Below are positions 53,925 to 64,000 of a stretch of DNA of 64,000 nucleotides, piece after piece. Position 1 is the stretch's first letter; each line of letters opens with the position of its first letter. The DNA is from Schizochytrium sp. TIO01 (lineage: Eukaryota > Protista > Bigyra: Labyrinthulomycetes), in the NCBI GenBank assembly GCA_004764695.1, contig SMSO01000004.1, positions 186,001 through 250,000 on the forward strand, in the 5' to 3' direction. The notes beneath the pieces are model-generated. The model ran no database searches and had not been told where the DNA came from. It worked only from the letters and a program-made list of their open reading frames with translations. The position numbers and the translations under genes were made by a program.

Positions 53925-54815
53925 TCAAGCGCGTTTGACTTCAGGGCGTTGAATCATTCGTGCACAAAAGTAGCACGTCAAGAAGGTCAAGATTACTGCA
54001 AGCGCATATAGAAATAGAACTGTTGAGTCATTGTAAGCTACAGCTTCTGCCATCGCCTCAGTAACTGCAGCGATGACCTCCTTCGTTGACTGAATTTTAG
54101 CCTCATCGTCGTTGAGGGAAGCCTTAGGTTCTTCCTGAAGACGCTCGCAGAACGTGAGATAATCCAGCTTTGGGAATTCACGATCCAGATACTCAATGCC
54201 TTGATTCCACAGCTTATTAACATCGACGCCATTGCGATTAAAAGGGGCCATATCACCATACTCTGTATTGATCTTTGAGACGATGTCGACATAGTCTTGC
54301 GGCAGGACATACGCAAATGGTGTTTCCCATGGCTCCTTTCCGAGATGAGGCCATGCATGGTCTGTGAGTGCAATAAACATTTGCATTGATCTTGAGTTCT
54401 TTCCATTTCCAGCAAAGGCTAGTGTACCGCGGCGTATCCTGATGCCCTGTTTGGGGTCGTCTTGGATGGTTGCCGAGGACCATTTCCGGTTCGCTAATTG
54501 GTTTTTCGAGATACCAAACTGAACAAGGAAATCATGAACGGCGCGAAACATAGGTGCACCATTGAAAAAACCTTCGTCAACCAGCTGCAAAAACCTCTCG
54601 GCTCCGAGCGGCGCCCATTCTGGCACCACTACAATCTGGAAACGTCCTTTGTTGCCCAGTTGGCACTGCACAAGCACCACATCCTCGTCTGAATGTGCCA
54701 CAGGTTCGCGTTCTTGATCAAACGAACTTTCTAGTCCTCGCACATGACCAACATTATCACCACAAACCAGCGAAAAAGCGCAAGCGGTGGCTGCTACAGC
54801 GCTCCAAATCCGCAT
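53925..54815 (-). CDS. Secretory-pathway cyclophilin-type peptidyl-prolyl isomerase with C-terminal TM
   Basis: WAPLGAERFLQLV, FRAVHDFLVQFG, RGTLAFAG..NSRSMQMFI and PFAYV; signal peptide and C-terminal TM. Confidence 0.92.
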   Translation of the reverse strand: MRIWSAVAATACAFSLVCGDNVGHVRGLESSFDQEREPVAHSDEDVVLVQCQLGNKGRFQIVVVPEWAPLGAERFLQLVDEGFFNGAPMFRAVHDFLVQFGISKNQLANRKWSSATIQDDPKQGIRIRRGTLAFAGNGKNSRSMQMFIALTDHAWPHLGKEPWETPFAYVLPQDYVDIVSKINTEYGDMAPFNRNGVDVNKLWNQGIEYLDREFPKLDYLTFCERLQEEPKASLNDDEAKIQSTKEVIAAVTEAMAEAVAYNDSTVLFLYALAVILTFLTCYFCARMIQRPEVKRA

Positions 54816-55588
54816 CTTGAATGTGATCGGGGTCTGGAGATTACTAGGTCCGCAAAATCCACTTCACTTCCTGCTGCCCTACTTGAATAAAATATAACAA
54901 TAATAATAAGAAGAAAATAATTTCCCATTCTTTTTAATTCTTTGACGCAGTATTCAATTGGTTATAGACGAAATACTTTACTTGTGCAATCCAAAGTATT
55001 CGCTATATCGGATTTGCAGGCTGTATTCTCTACTTTCAGGGCGCCTATAGCCCACTTGCGGCTGAAAGTCTATTGTGAAGCAGGTCAAACTTCGCCCAAA
55101 ATGTGAACTATAAATTGTGTGAAGTGGAGTATATTCCAACCAAAGCGTATTTTAGGTTCGTCAAGTTGGTTATAGATCTTGAAAAGCTCTGCCCTGTTCC
55201 TTCGTTTCTTTGGGGACGTGAGATCCCCGCGAGCAAATCGCAATTGGGACGCAGCGAGCACAGCGGCGCCGAGCGAATCTGGCGCGGGTGGGCAAGAGTC
55301 TGAGGGCCTGGCCAGCTGCGGTGCAGGGACGGCTGTCGCTGGTGCGCAAATTTGCTGCCCTCATCGGCCTCGTGTCACAACGAGGTCATCTTTTTCGGGC
55401 TAGCAAGGCGCGATCGGTAGCAGAGAATCCGTGTGCCAAACAATACTAAATAAAGACCGCCTCAAAACCACGGGTGATTCGGGTTTGTGAGAGTAGCTGA
55501 CCTCTTGTAAAGGTACATCTCAAATCAATTTGTAGTTAAGAGTCCTGAGGCCGTCACATTTCCTGTTCATAGCTTTTAGAAACAAATC

Positions 55589-58250
55589 ATGAACGTACTC
55601 GACGCCATAACATTGGATGATCGCCTGGATGTTGTACAGCGTGGAACTGTTGCGTTTGCCTGTGCCGCGTTAGGGATGTTTTATATTTCGAGCCAATTTA
55701 GTAATGTGCGGGACTGGGTTTCCGACTTACAGGGGTCTAATCCTTGGCAAGTGAGACGTACTCATGCAGAGTCTACGGCGATTCCAAGCAATTCTACAAG
55801 GCGTGTCACTAGCGTGGTAGTGCGAGCAGGGGAACTTGTGGACAGTGTCACATTCAAGTATTCTGATATGCCATCTGGGGTGACATTCGGTGGCAACGGT
55901 GGTACAGAATTCCCGCCATTCGAGCTTGAAGCCAACGAATTCATTTTAGAAGTTCGCGGTCGCCGGGGTGCTTACCTCGACCAGATTCAGTTTGTGACAA
56001 ACACAGGGCGTACCTCACAAACATATGGCGGCGCAGGAGGCCAGCCTTTTAGTCTATCATTGGGACCAGATCAACCTATTGGAGGTCTCGATATTCAAAT
56101 GTCTATTAATGGATGGATTCGTGTGATTCGAGGCGCTGTGGAAGTGTCTAAAGTTCGCACGAGCTCTGTATCTAACATGCAACGAATGCGGGACCATGGC
56201 TTTATCCAAACACAGCAACGTGTAGTTCGTCGCCGTCTTCACTTTCTTTACCTTTGTCTTTCATTATATGCCTGCTTTTTATTTTACGTCCTCGGACCTT
56301 TTGTCAGAGATGTCGCACTTGGTCCAACTATCATAGATCTAGAAATGTTCCAGCAAAAAGTGCCATCCAAGTCATTTGTACTGATTCCGGAAAACTCGGA
56401 GACTATCTTACGGAGCACACCTTTTTCCGAGGGCCAACAGCGCATGAGATGGGTTGTTGAACGTTTCAATTTGGGCTACGACACTGGCCCCGTTGCGATC
56501 CTTGTCAAGGAGCTCGTAAATAATGAAAAGGGGCCTCTTGGAGAAGTTCGTACTCTGGAAAAGGGTTCATGGGAAGCGCGCAGTGGTATTGTTCGCCGAG
56601 TGAATTTCGAAGAAGATGGTGTTATTGTACCTTCTAGCAATGTTGAAGACATGCACATAAAGTGGATGTGGGAGACTGGTTCACATCCCCAAAAGCCTGC
56701 ACGCATGGACGACTCCAAGGCAGAAAAGGGTCCAAAAAGAAGTCGAACGCAAAGCTCAAATATTCATCCTTTGTACTATGTTGACGAGTCTTTTTCACCT
56801 GTCTTTATGCATTTATGCACATTTATTGGCTCTGCATCATTGACATATTTATTAGTTAGGTGGGGATTTCTTTGCAGTGGTTTAGATCCAGTTACATCTC
56901 GGTTTGCAACAGCTCAAGTTCCTGGCGAAGCAACATCTCGTGAGGATCTCATTGTTGCCGTGGACCACGAAATTCGAGAGCCTGAGACGCTAGTTTTGGC
57001 ATGGGATGCACGCATGGTGGCAGTGACCCGAAATTGGTTCATCAAGACCAATTATTTAAGTATTGATGTCGTGGCAATCAACGATGCACGAATTGCAGAT
57101 TTACGAGTTTCTGGGCGCTGGATTCTTGGCGAGCTTGTCGAAATTGTAACAATGCGTGTGGAGTCACGTAGGTCCGTCCGTCGAGTTGGTCATCAGCGTA
57201 GCCGTGCTCTTTATTCCTTCGAAGTTGCTCTTCCTAGAGGGCAATTTGAGGTTCTTCGTGCGAGCTTTATAGAAAGCGTACGTCAGCGCGAGGAAATTGT
57301 AGTTACCCGCCGAGAGGCAGCGTTCCAGCGTCGTTATAACGAAATTCTTTGTGAGCGAGCTCGTGAAGGCATTTGCTTTTCTCCCGAAGAATTTGACTTG
57401 AACGAGGAATGCCTTGGCGCTTGTGGCAACGCCCCCTCGGTTCTTATTCGAAAGCGATGTAGCACCTGCGAGGAGCGTACCGAATGCCCTTGCGAGCCCG
57501 CATGGTGTCATACGTGTCTATTAAAGTGGTGGTTTTCTAGAAATCGCACTCGAATGGAGCTTGTGCCTAGTGATGATGAAGTGGATCCGAGTTGGCAAGG
57601 TCAATGTCCCACCTGTCGTGTATATTTTTGTTTGGTACGTTGCTTTTCTAAGATTCAGTTTGGGTGAGTTCTTTCTGAGAAATCTAACAACGCTTGCTGC
57701 TTCTTTTTTTATTTTGTCCGGTGATTTTAAATGGATTCTGTTGCTTGAATGGATAAATTTACAGGATGATGTAATCCCCCGTTTCGATATTGCTGAGCTT
57801 TTGGTTGCTGAGGGTGGAAGTACTCATGAAGATGGTCATGGTGCTGCTCAACTTTATGATGAGAGCACCAATGACGACAGTGATCATGTTGAGACAGAAA
57901 GGGATGACGAAAGGAACAACAATGAACCGAACTTGCCATTTTTTACAGGGGGGGGGACTGCCCCGTCGCAGGAGTCAGGAAGTCAGTTATCACAGCGTGA
58001 AAGAGGCAGTTCTGATTCTTGGCCGGAAGAAGAAAGTTCAAGATCTACTGCATCTATGCAAGCCCAAGGCTTACGACGGCGCATACTGTCTCGTCCTACA
58101 CAGGCGTCTTCCACAGAACCTTCTTCAGAAGGTGTGAACTCTGGAAATACAACAACAGGGCCAAGTGTCAGCTCAGAAGAGACTGCTAACTCGATCTCCG
58201 AGCGGCGTGCTCGAGCAGCAGAGGCAGCTGAGCGGAGGCGGATTGGATGA
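55589..58250 (+). CDS. Jacalin-lectin / TMEM129-type RING E3 ligase fusion with C-terminal VCP-interacting motif (exons 55589-57634 and 57765-58250)
   Basis: Jacalin motifs (AGELVDSV, FGGNGG, LEANEFILEVRGRRGAYLDQIQFVTNTGRTSQTYGG); TMEM129-type VTRNWFIK and C...C.C.P.WC.TCL.KWW...CPTCR. Intron GTACGT 57635 to CAG 57764 restores CPTCRVYFCL|DDV. Confidence 0.85.
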
Positions 58251-59599
58251 CTCTGTTTTACTTTCACTCCTCATGATTGTGGGTACGTATTTCACATTCT
58301 AGTACTGGTTTGATTGAAATATTTTATCAGTACCTTCCAAAAACATTTCCTTACAGTTCCGTATTCTCTCTCGGCGCAAGTTTTTGAGCTAATATGTTTT
58401 TTTGTTATTTTCTTTTCTTTTCTTTTCTTTTTGAAAGTAGTAAAACAATCATGAAAATGAAAAATTCAAAATGGCCGGAGAGACGATTGTAGAAACGAAG
58501 AAAAGAAAAAGAAAAACACCTACTTCATCTGGTTTTCGTTCAACGACTGATCAAGTATTTACCGTGCATATATAGTTTTTTCATAAGCATCATATATGGA
58601 TTGACTCTTCTAGCATGGTGCCATGGGGCGAGCTTAGACAGACCAACTCTTTTAATAGAGCAAACTCCAGTTTCACAGGAAAGAATTTGATTTATATGAA
58701 AGGTTTGCATTACATTTAATTTTTATTCTCTTTTCTTAGCCTATTTATTAGTTAGTTTACAACAAAAGCTCCAAGCATTTAAAATCGTAAAAGAATTCCT
58801 CCTTTGATGTGGAATGGAGGAATATTCAGAATACTGATTTTAGTCATGTCATTTGTGTTAGTTTGTTTTTGTTTGGTTCTTTTGCCAACGAGTAAACAAA
58901 TATGCAAGTTAATTACAAGAGTCAAGAGTCAAGTTTGTAATGTATCGTAGAAATTAGCCTTGATGAGCTTGGCAACTTGATTCTCAGAAGGTCTGCTCAC
59001 TACGACGAATCTGCATTAGTCTTCATATTGATATTGGAAGTGCGTATCAACGAAGAGGCCATGAAACTTTGGCCAATCGTCTTCTTTTACTGTACAACAG
59101 AACCATTTGCTACTTTATTTGGTTTTCTGTCGACAAAACTTCCGTCTTTCTTTGTGTGTGGTTGTGTGGACAGAAACAAGCAACTCTGTCTCATATCCAT
59201 GAACAAAAAGCATAACTTATCAGAGAACTTGGAAATGAATGGTAGGGTGATATTTACAATGAGCAGAATCTTTTCTTACTAGTAAAGAGTCAACAGAAAG
59301 AAAGAGGGTGAGATGTAGCAGCTCTTCACATCACCAAACCACATATTAGTGTGGTATGGCAAAACATTAAAACTTGGTATCTCGGGTATAAAAAGAGAGG
59401 AGAGGTGATGTTGGAGTATGTTGGAATAAGGGAATCAGATGTAGTAGTAAAGACGCAGCTCAACGACGAGCTGCACATTATATGAAACGGGTCAAACTTG
59501 CTTGATAATCAATTTTGATCATCAGAGTTTAGACAAATTGACTGACTTGAGCAATGCTTGGCGCATGTGTTACGCTGGCACGCAGAATACATGATGGAT

Positions 59600-61039
59600 T
59601 TAGGCCTTGGTCTCACCGTCGGTGGTCTCGCCTTCCTCCTCCTGCTGTTCGCCTTCTTCCTCCTCGGTCTTGTTGAAGAAAGATTCGGGGACCTCAGTGA
59701 TCTCAGTTGCGAGGGTCAGGTTAGGGTGGGAGAAGGTGCCGTAGTACGGGGCCCCGAGTCCCTCGAAGTAGAGCTCGCGAACAGTTTCCATAACGAGGTG
59801 GGTGGCAGCAACCACATCGTCAGTGCATCCAGTCTCGCTGGCGGTGTGCATGTTGCGAATAGGGATTCCAATCGAGGTCGCTGCAGAGTCCACAGATGCG
59901 AATACACCGGCCATGGCATCGGTGCCGGTGTCGCGTCCCACGACATCGAGCTGAAGAGGGATCTCAGCTCTCTTGGCGGCGCGCTGGACAGTCGAGTTAA
60001 GGTGTACGGAGGTGATGGAGCCCAAACTCACAGTCGGTCCCTGACCCATGCCAATGTCCGGCATGCGCTTGCTGGAGATTCCGGGAGCAGCGTTGTAGTC
60101 ATGGTTCACGTCCACGGCAAGAATGACGTCGGGCTTGAAGTGCTGCGCGAACATGCGGCTGCCGAAGCGTCCGATTTCTTCGTGGGTGGCAAACGCGTAA
60201 AGAACGCGAACCTTGTCGAAGACCTCCACGAAAGTAGGGTCATCAGCCATCTGGGCACACGCCTGTGCAGTAACCCAGCAACCGAGACCGTTGTCAAGGT
60301 AGGCTCCAGTGAAGGTGTGGCGACCAACTCCACGACGGATGGGTCTCTCCATGATAATGCTGTCTCCGACACGGAGTCCAAGGCCCTCGGTTACCTGCTT
60401 CTTGCGGTCTTCACCGTGAATGCCAAGCTCGACGTAGAGCTGCTCAGGCTTGACGCCCTTCTGTCCATTGCGAACGTTTTGCTCTGCGAAGTGAATAGCG
60501 CCAAGAGCTTCAACGGTGCCTCCACGGAGGGCACGGTAGCTACCGGGTTCCTCGGCAGATTCCGAGTAGATTGTGACGTCGCGGCCGAGCAGAGTAGAGG
60601 CCATGTGGCTGTCGCTGTCGATGTAGATCTTGCCGTCATCGCCAATCTTGCGGATCTGCATGCGGATCTTATCAGCGTGGCCGACGATCATGCAAGTAAG
60701 CTTCTCAGGGCCAGCCTCAGGGTCAGTGTCGACAACAATGCCGGCCTGGCTGCGGAACCTGTGCACGACCCACCATGAAGGGATCGCTTCGCGAAGTTGA
60801 GGCTCGATGATTCCGTTGGTCATGGCACCTTCGTATCCAACGGGCGTCGGGGCAGCGAGCATGGCTTGCATCTTCTCAAAGGTCTCATCGTCCATAGGCT
60901 GTGTCCAGGGGGCAACCCAGTCGGGCACAATGTAGCTGGAGCCTGACACGACAGTGGCGCGCTGAGCGTGCCAAACACCAGACTTCATGGCGACCTCAGA
61001 GCTGCGGCGGAGGCCTTGGTTTGCGAGGCGGGAGAGCAT
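59600..61039 (-). CDS. M42-family (TET-type) metallo-aminopeptidase with mitochondrial-type presequence
   Basis: PTPVGYE, GHADKI, LYVELG, YLDN, HEEIG, AVDV, GRDTGTDA and SIGIPIRNMHT; Arg-rich, acid-poor N-terminus MLSRLANQGLRRSS. Confidence 0.9.
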   Translation of the reverse strand: MLSRLANQGLRRSSEVAMKSGVWHAQRATVVSGSSYIVPDWVAPWTQPMDDETFEKMQAMLAAPTPVGYEGAMTNGIIEPQLREAIPSWWVVHRFRSQAGIVVDTDPEAGPEKLTCMIVGHADKIRMQIRKIGDDGKIYIDSDSHMASTLLGRDVTIYSESAEEPGSYRALRGGTVEALGAIHFAEQNVRNGQKGVKPEQLYVELGIHGEDRKKQVTEGLGLRVGDSIIMERPIRRGVGRHTFTGAYLDNGLGCWVTAQACAQMADDPTFVEVFDKVRVLYAFATHEEIGRFGSRMFAQHFKPDVILAVDVNHDYNAAPGISSKRMPDIGMGQGPTVSLGSITSVHLNSTVQRAAKRAEIPLQLDVVGRDTGTDAMAGVFASVDSAATSIGIPIRNMHTASETGCTDDVVAATHLVMETVRELYFEGLGAPYYGTFSHPNLTLATEITEVPESFFNKTEEEEGEQQEEEGETTDGETKA

Positions 61040-61403
61040 CTTGACTTCTTGATAGATTTCTGAACTGCTGCTTGCTTGACGGCCGAAGCTGTTGTTTAAC
61101 TATACACAGGAGAACCGCGCTGATGTGCGATCTTGAGTCTTTCCGGGCTAACTAAGCTTACTTGCTCAACTTGGAGTTACTGCAACTGTGCTTTGCTTTG
61201 CTTTGCTTTCTTTGTTTTGTAGAGTTTGGGGTTTGCTTTTTGCGGCTCGCAGCAAATCTTCTGCTTCCCTCCTTACACTAAGGCGCGCATGCTTCTGAAC
61301 CTCTAAGCAACCCCAGGGTGAGGATGGATCCTCTGTGATACTGAGAGAAGAATAAATAGTTAGTTTACTTTCAAACTTACTTTTTCTATCTTTCTTTCAA
61401 TCA

Positions 61404-61409
61404 AGAAAG

Positions 61410-61441
<32 letters not shown>
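61404..61441. repeat. (GAAA)n/(GA)n microsatellite
   Basis: gaaaggaaagaaagaaagaaagaaagagagagagaga. Confidence 0.9.
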
Positions 61442-61442
<1 letters not shown>

Positions 61443-61633
61443 GTCGAAAAGTTGGGGACACTTTTTGGAAACACTATTCTTTCAAACTTTCATCCTTTAT
61501 TCATCATCTCATGATGCTCGTAAGAAGCAAGATTGAATTACAAGAAGTTTCGAATCGACTAGGGTGTTGCTAATCTCCTGATAGCATTAACTAGTTAATT
61601 TTAGTTAATTGAGATTTGTATTTCTTTTTAATT

Positions 61634-61677
61634 AAAGAAAGAAAGAAAGAAAGAAAGAAACAAACAAACAAACAAAA
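61634..61677. repeat. Compound (AAAG)n(AAAC)n microsatellite
   Basis: aaagaaagaaagaaagaaagaaagaaacaaacaaacaaacaaaa. Confidence 0.9.
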
Positions 61678-62213
61678 GCGCCATCGCTTTTATTTTCTTT
61701 CTTTCCTGGATATTCCGTGAAAATAGACGCGTAGTGCAGGCAAGAACTCCAGAGGAAGCATTTTGGCAGGTCGCGTGGGGGCTTTGTCAAGACAAGGCGC
61801 AGGCTGCATAACTTGCGCTGATTACATTTTATCATTCGCCGGCCACAGCTTCGAGTGTTCTTTGATGAGATCTCTCTGTATGTATGCAATCGACGTTTCT
61901 ATCCACTCTCCCATTTCTCTTTTTAAAGTTCAACCAAACTTTCACAACCAAACTTAATAATAGTATATATATTTTTTTGAATATTTAAAAAAAAAAAGTA
62001 TTCTCTGTCTTCTCCCAAAGAATCAAGGGCGCGAAAACCTTTCTTTTAACAAATAGTTAATTAAATTTAAAATAAAATTGTTGCATCAGCAGTTATATTT
62101 TATCAAAACATAACATAATAAAGCGTATTTCTTAAAAACAAAAAATAATCAAACCATTCTTTATTTCTCTCTCCATATACACATACCATTAAATGTTACA
62201 TATTAGAGCACAT

Positions 62214-62264
62214 AAATAAACAAACAAACAAACAAACAAACAAACAAACAAATGAATAAATAAA
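62214..62264. repeat. (AAAC)n/(AAAT)n microsatellite
   Basis: About eight caaa units flanked by taaa units. Confidence 0.9.
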
Positions 62265-62393
62265 TGCAAACTTTAAAGCCCTCTTCTCTGCTAATATGAC
62301 CGACCAGCCTCGCATTTAATTTTCAGGCCACCTCGAAATCCGCCATTCTGGAGACCCAAATCATCGTCATCCCCGTCAACAGCTCATGGGTGG

Positions 62394-62395
<2 letters not shown>

Positions 62396-62432
<37 letters not shown>

Positions 62433-62468
62433 ATCAATTAATCAATCGATCGATCAATCAAACAATCA
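62396..62468. repeat. (AATC)n/(GATC) microsatellite
   Basis: Long caatcaatcaat... run with cgat variants. Confidence 0.9.
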
Positions 62469-62747
62469 AAGACAGCCGTCCTTCGGAGGCTTCGCAGCCG
62501 CACGTTTCCGCGTTATCGCCATCGATTTTTTTAATGGCGCCTTTGGAAACCAATCTGCCATAGGAGAGACCACGGGGGCTGGCCTCTCTCTCTGCCTCTG
62601 CATTCTGCATGCCTGAGACCGCGGTCTGTGCCGGCGCTCTTGGCGTAACCCGCGGGAACGAGGCGGCGCAGGCTGTCTTTGAGGAAGACCCTCGGTCACG
62701 ATCTCTCGATCTCTCGATCAATCAATTGCACAATCAATGGTACAATC

Positions 62748-63048
62748 TATTGAAAATCAAATGAATGAGTGAATGAGTGAATGAGTGAATGAATCAATGC
62801 ATCAATTTAAAATCAAATGAAGGAATGAAGGAATGAATGAATGAATGAATCAATCAATCAATCAATTGATTGAAAATCAAATGAATGAGTGAATGAGTCA
62901 ATGCATCAATTTAAAATCAAATGAATGAAGGAATGAATGAATGAATCAATCAATCAATCAATTGAAAATCAAATGAATGAGTGAATGAATGAATGAATCA
63001 ATCAATTGAAAATCAAATGAATGAGTGAATGAATGAATCAAATAAATC
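62748..63048. repeat. Higher-order satellite built from GAAT/CAAT tetramers punctuated by AAAATCAAATGAA
   Basis: tt(g/t)aaaatcaaatgaa recurs six times, separated by (gaat/gagt)n(caat)n tracts. Confidence 0.9.
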
Positions 63049-63148
63049 TGCGATGATCTTCAAACTGCGACGATGTTCCCTCCGCCTCCCTCAGATTAAG
63101 AGTCCTCGAGTTGAAGCGGATTGTTGCAGAAAGAGCGATGAGAGCGTC

Positions 63149-63151
63149 GAT

Positions 63152-63190
<39 letters not shown>

Positions 63191-63222
63191 ATTGATTGAT
63201 TGATTGGCGTGGCGTGGCGTGG
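63149..63222. repeat. (GATT)n followed by (GGCGT)n microsatellite
   Basis: gatttgattgattgattg...gattggcgtggcgtggcgtgg. Confidence 0.9.
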
Positions 63223-64000
63223 CAGCGCGAGATGAGAGGCGAGCAAGGGCGGGGAGCAGGAAAAGCGAGGCTTGGAGACGGATTTTGATTTCGTTCCTAA
63301 GGTCTTCTCCGGGAGGTCTTCTCGCCTCCGGAAGGCAGTCGCCGCGGTTCTTCGATGTGCAGGAGGAGCGAGGTGCGCTGCGATTCCAGGTAGATGCCGG
63401 ATAGTGAATTCGTTAGTTGCGTGGGTAGTGCTTTCTGGTTCTTTTGGTCCCTGAGGTGCTACAGAACTGGTGTAAGAATGAATGAGTCAATGAATGAGTC
63501 AATGAATGAATGAATAATTTGTGGAAAGGGCAATTAATTCAATCGGTTATAGTTCGTCATTTCGTGAGCTGGCTGGCGATGTGCTGGTTGGCTGCTTAGG
63601 ACATAGGGAGTGAGTGGGTGGTTCGCTACATTTTGCCAGAACAGCTCGAAGCTGAGTGCCGTGAGCGAGCATTTGTTTGTCGTGACTTGTGACCTCGCGG
63701 GTTCTCGCTACTCGCTCACGAAGCAGGAGGTGAAGTTCAGAAGGGTTCATGAGGGAGCAAGTCGGCCGGTCGGTCGGTCACAATGGGTGGTGCAAGCTAT
63801 TCTTGGACGGAGTTCTTGGCGTGTCATTTGCTTGGGAAAACTCGACGATAGATATATATATCATGAGTCCGTGGAATTTGATGCCCTGCGATAGCTGGCT
63901 GGCTATGGGCAGAGTTAAAGAAGATGGAGTAGCACCCAAGGGCCTATGCTGCGTGTGGTCTGCGCCGAAGCTCTCGCAGCGTACGGCAACTTGAAGTTCA

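Noticed and set aside
59558-60778. 406-aa plus-strand ORF
   Set aside because: Antisense shadow of the codon-biased M42 peptidase gene; no motifs of its own.
62748-63048. Repeat-spacer-like periodicity suggesting CRISPR
   Set aside because: The intervening segments are microsatellite tracts, not unique spacers; eukaryotic context and no cas genes.

Overview
Gene-dense, intron-poor eukaryotic nuclear DNA. Short GT-AG introns, cilium-type genes, a DASH/Dam1 subunit and AATC/GAAT/GAAA microsatellites suggest a thraustochytrid-like stramenopile (inference only). About 20 protein genes are supported: SLY1-type Sec1 protein, Kelch protein, methyltransferase-like/DIPP-Nudix locus, MYST acetyltransferase, F-box-like protein, LRR-IQ protein, alpha/beta hydrolase, MDP1, MAP10, ankyrin-FN3 protein, ASK1, a syntaxin-like SNARE, RUVBL2, a YFH7/YggC-type kinase, a GT47-sulfotransferase fusion, a cyclophilin, a jacalin-TMEM129 E3 fusion and an M42 peptidase with a mitochondrial-type presequence. 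The stand-out is an uninterrupted 10.4-kb ORF (19029-29420, 3463 aa) reading UIM - about 14 SAM-like repeats - LRR blocks - IpaH/SspH-type NEL E3 ligase domain with intact CxD - U-box-like tail. This is a bacterial effector-type ubiquitin ligase module inside a giant eukaryotic multidomain protein. All family calls are by eye from remembered motifs; no searches were run. No rRNA, tRNA, CRISPR array or intact transposon was seen.
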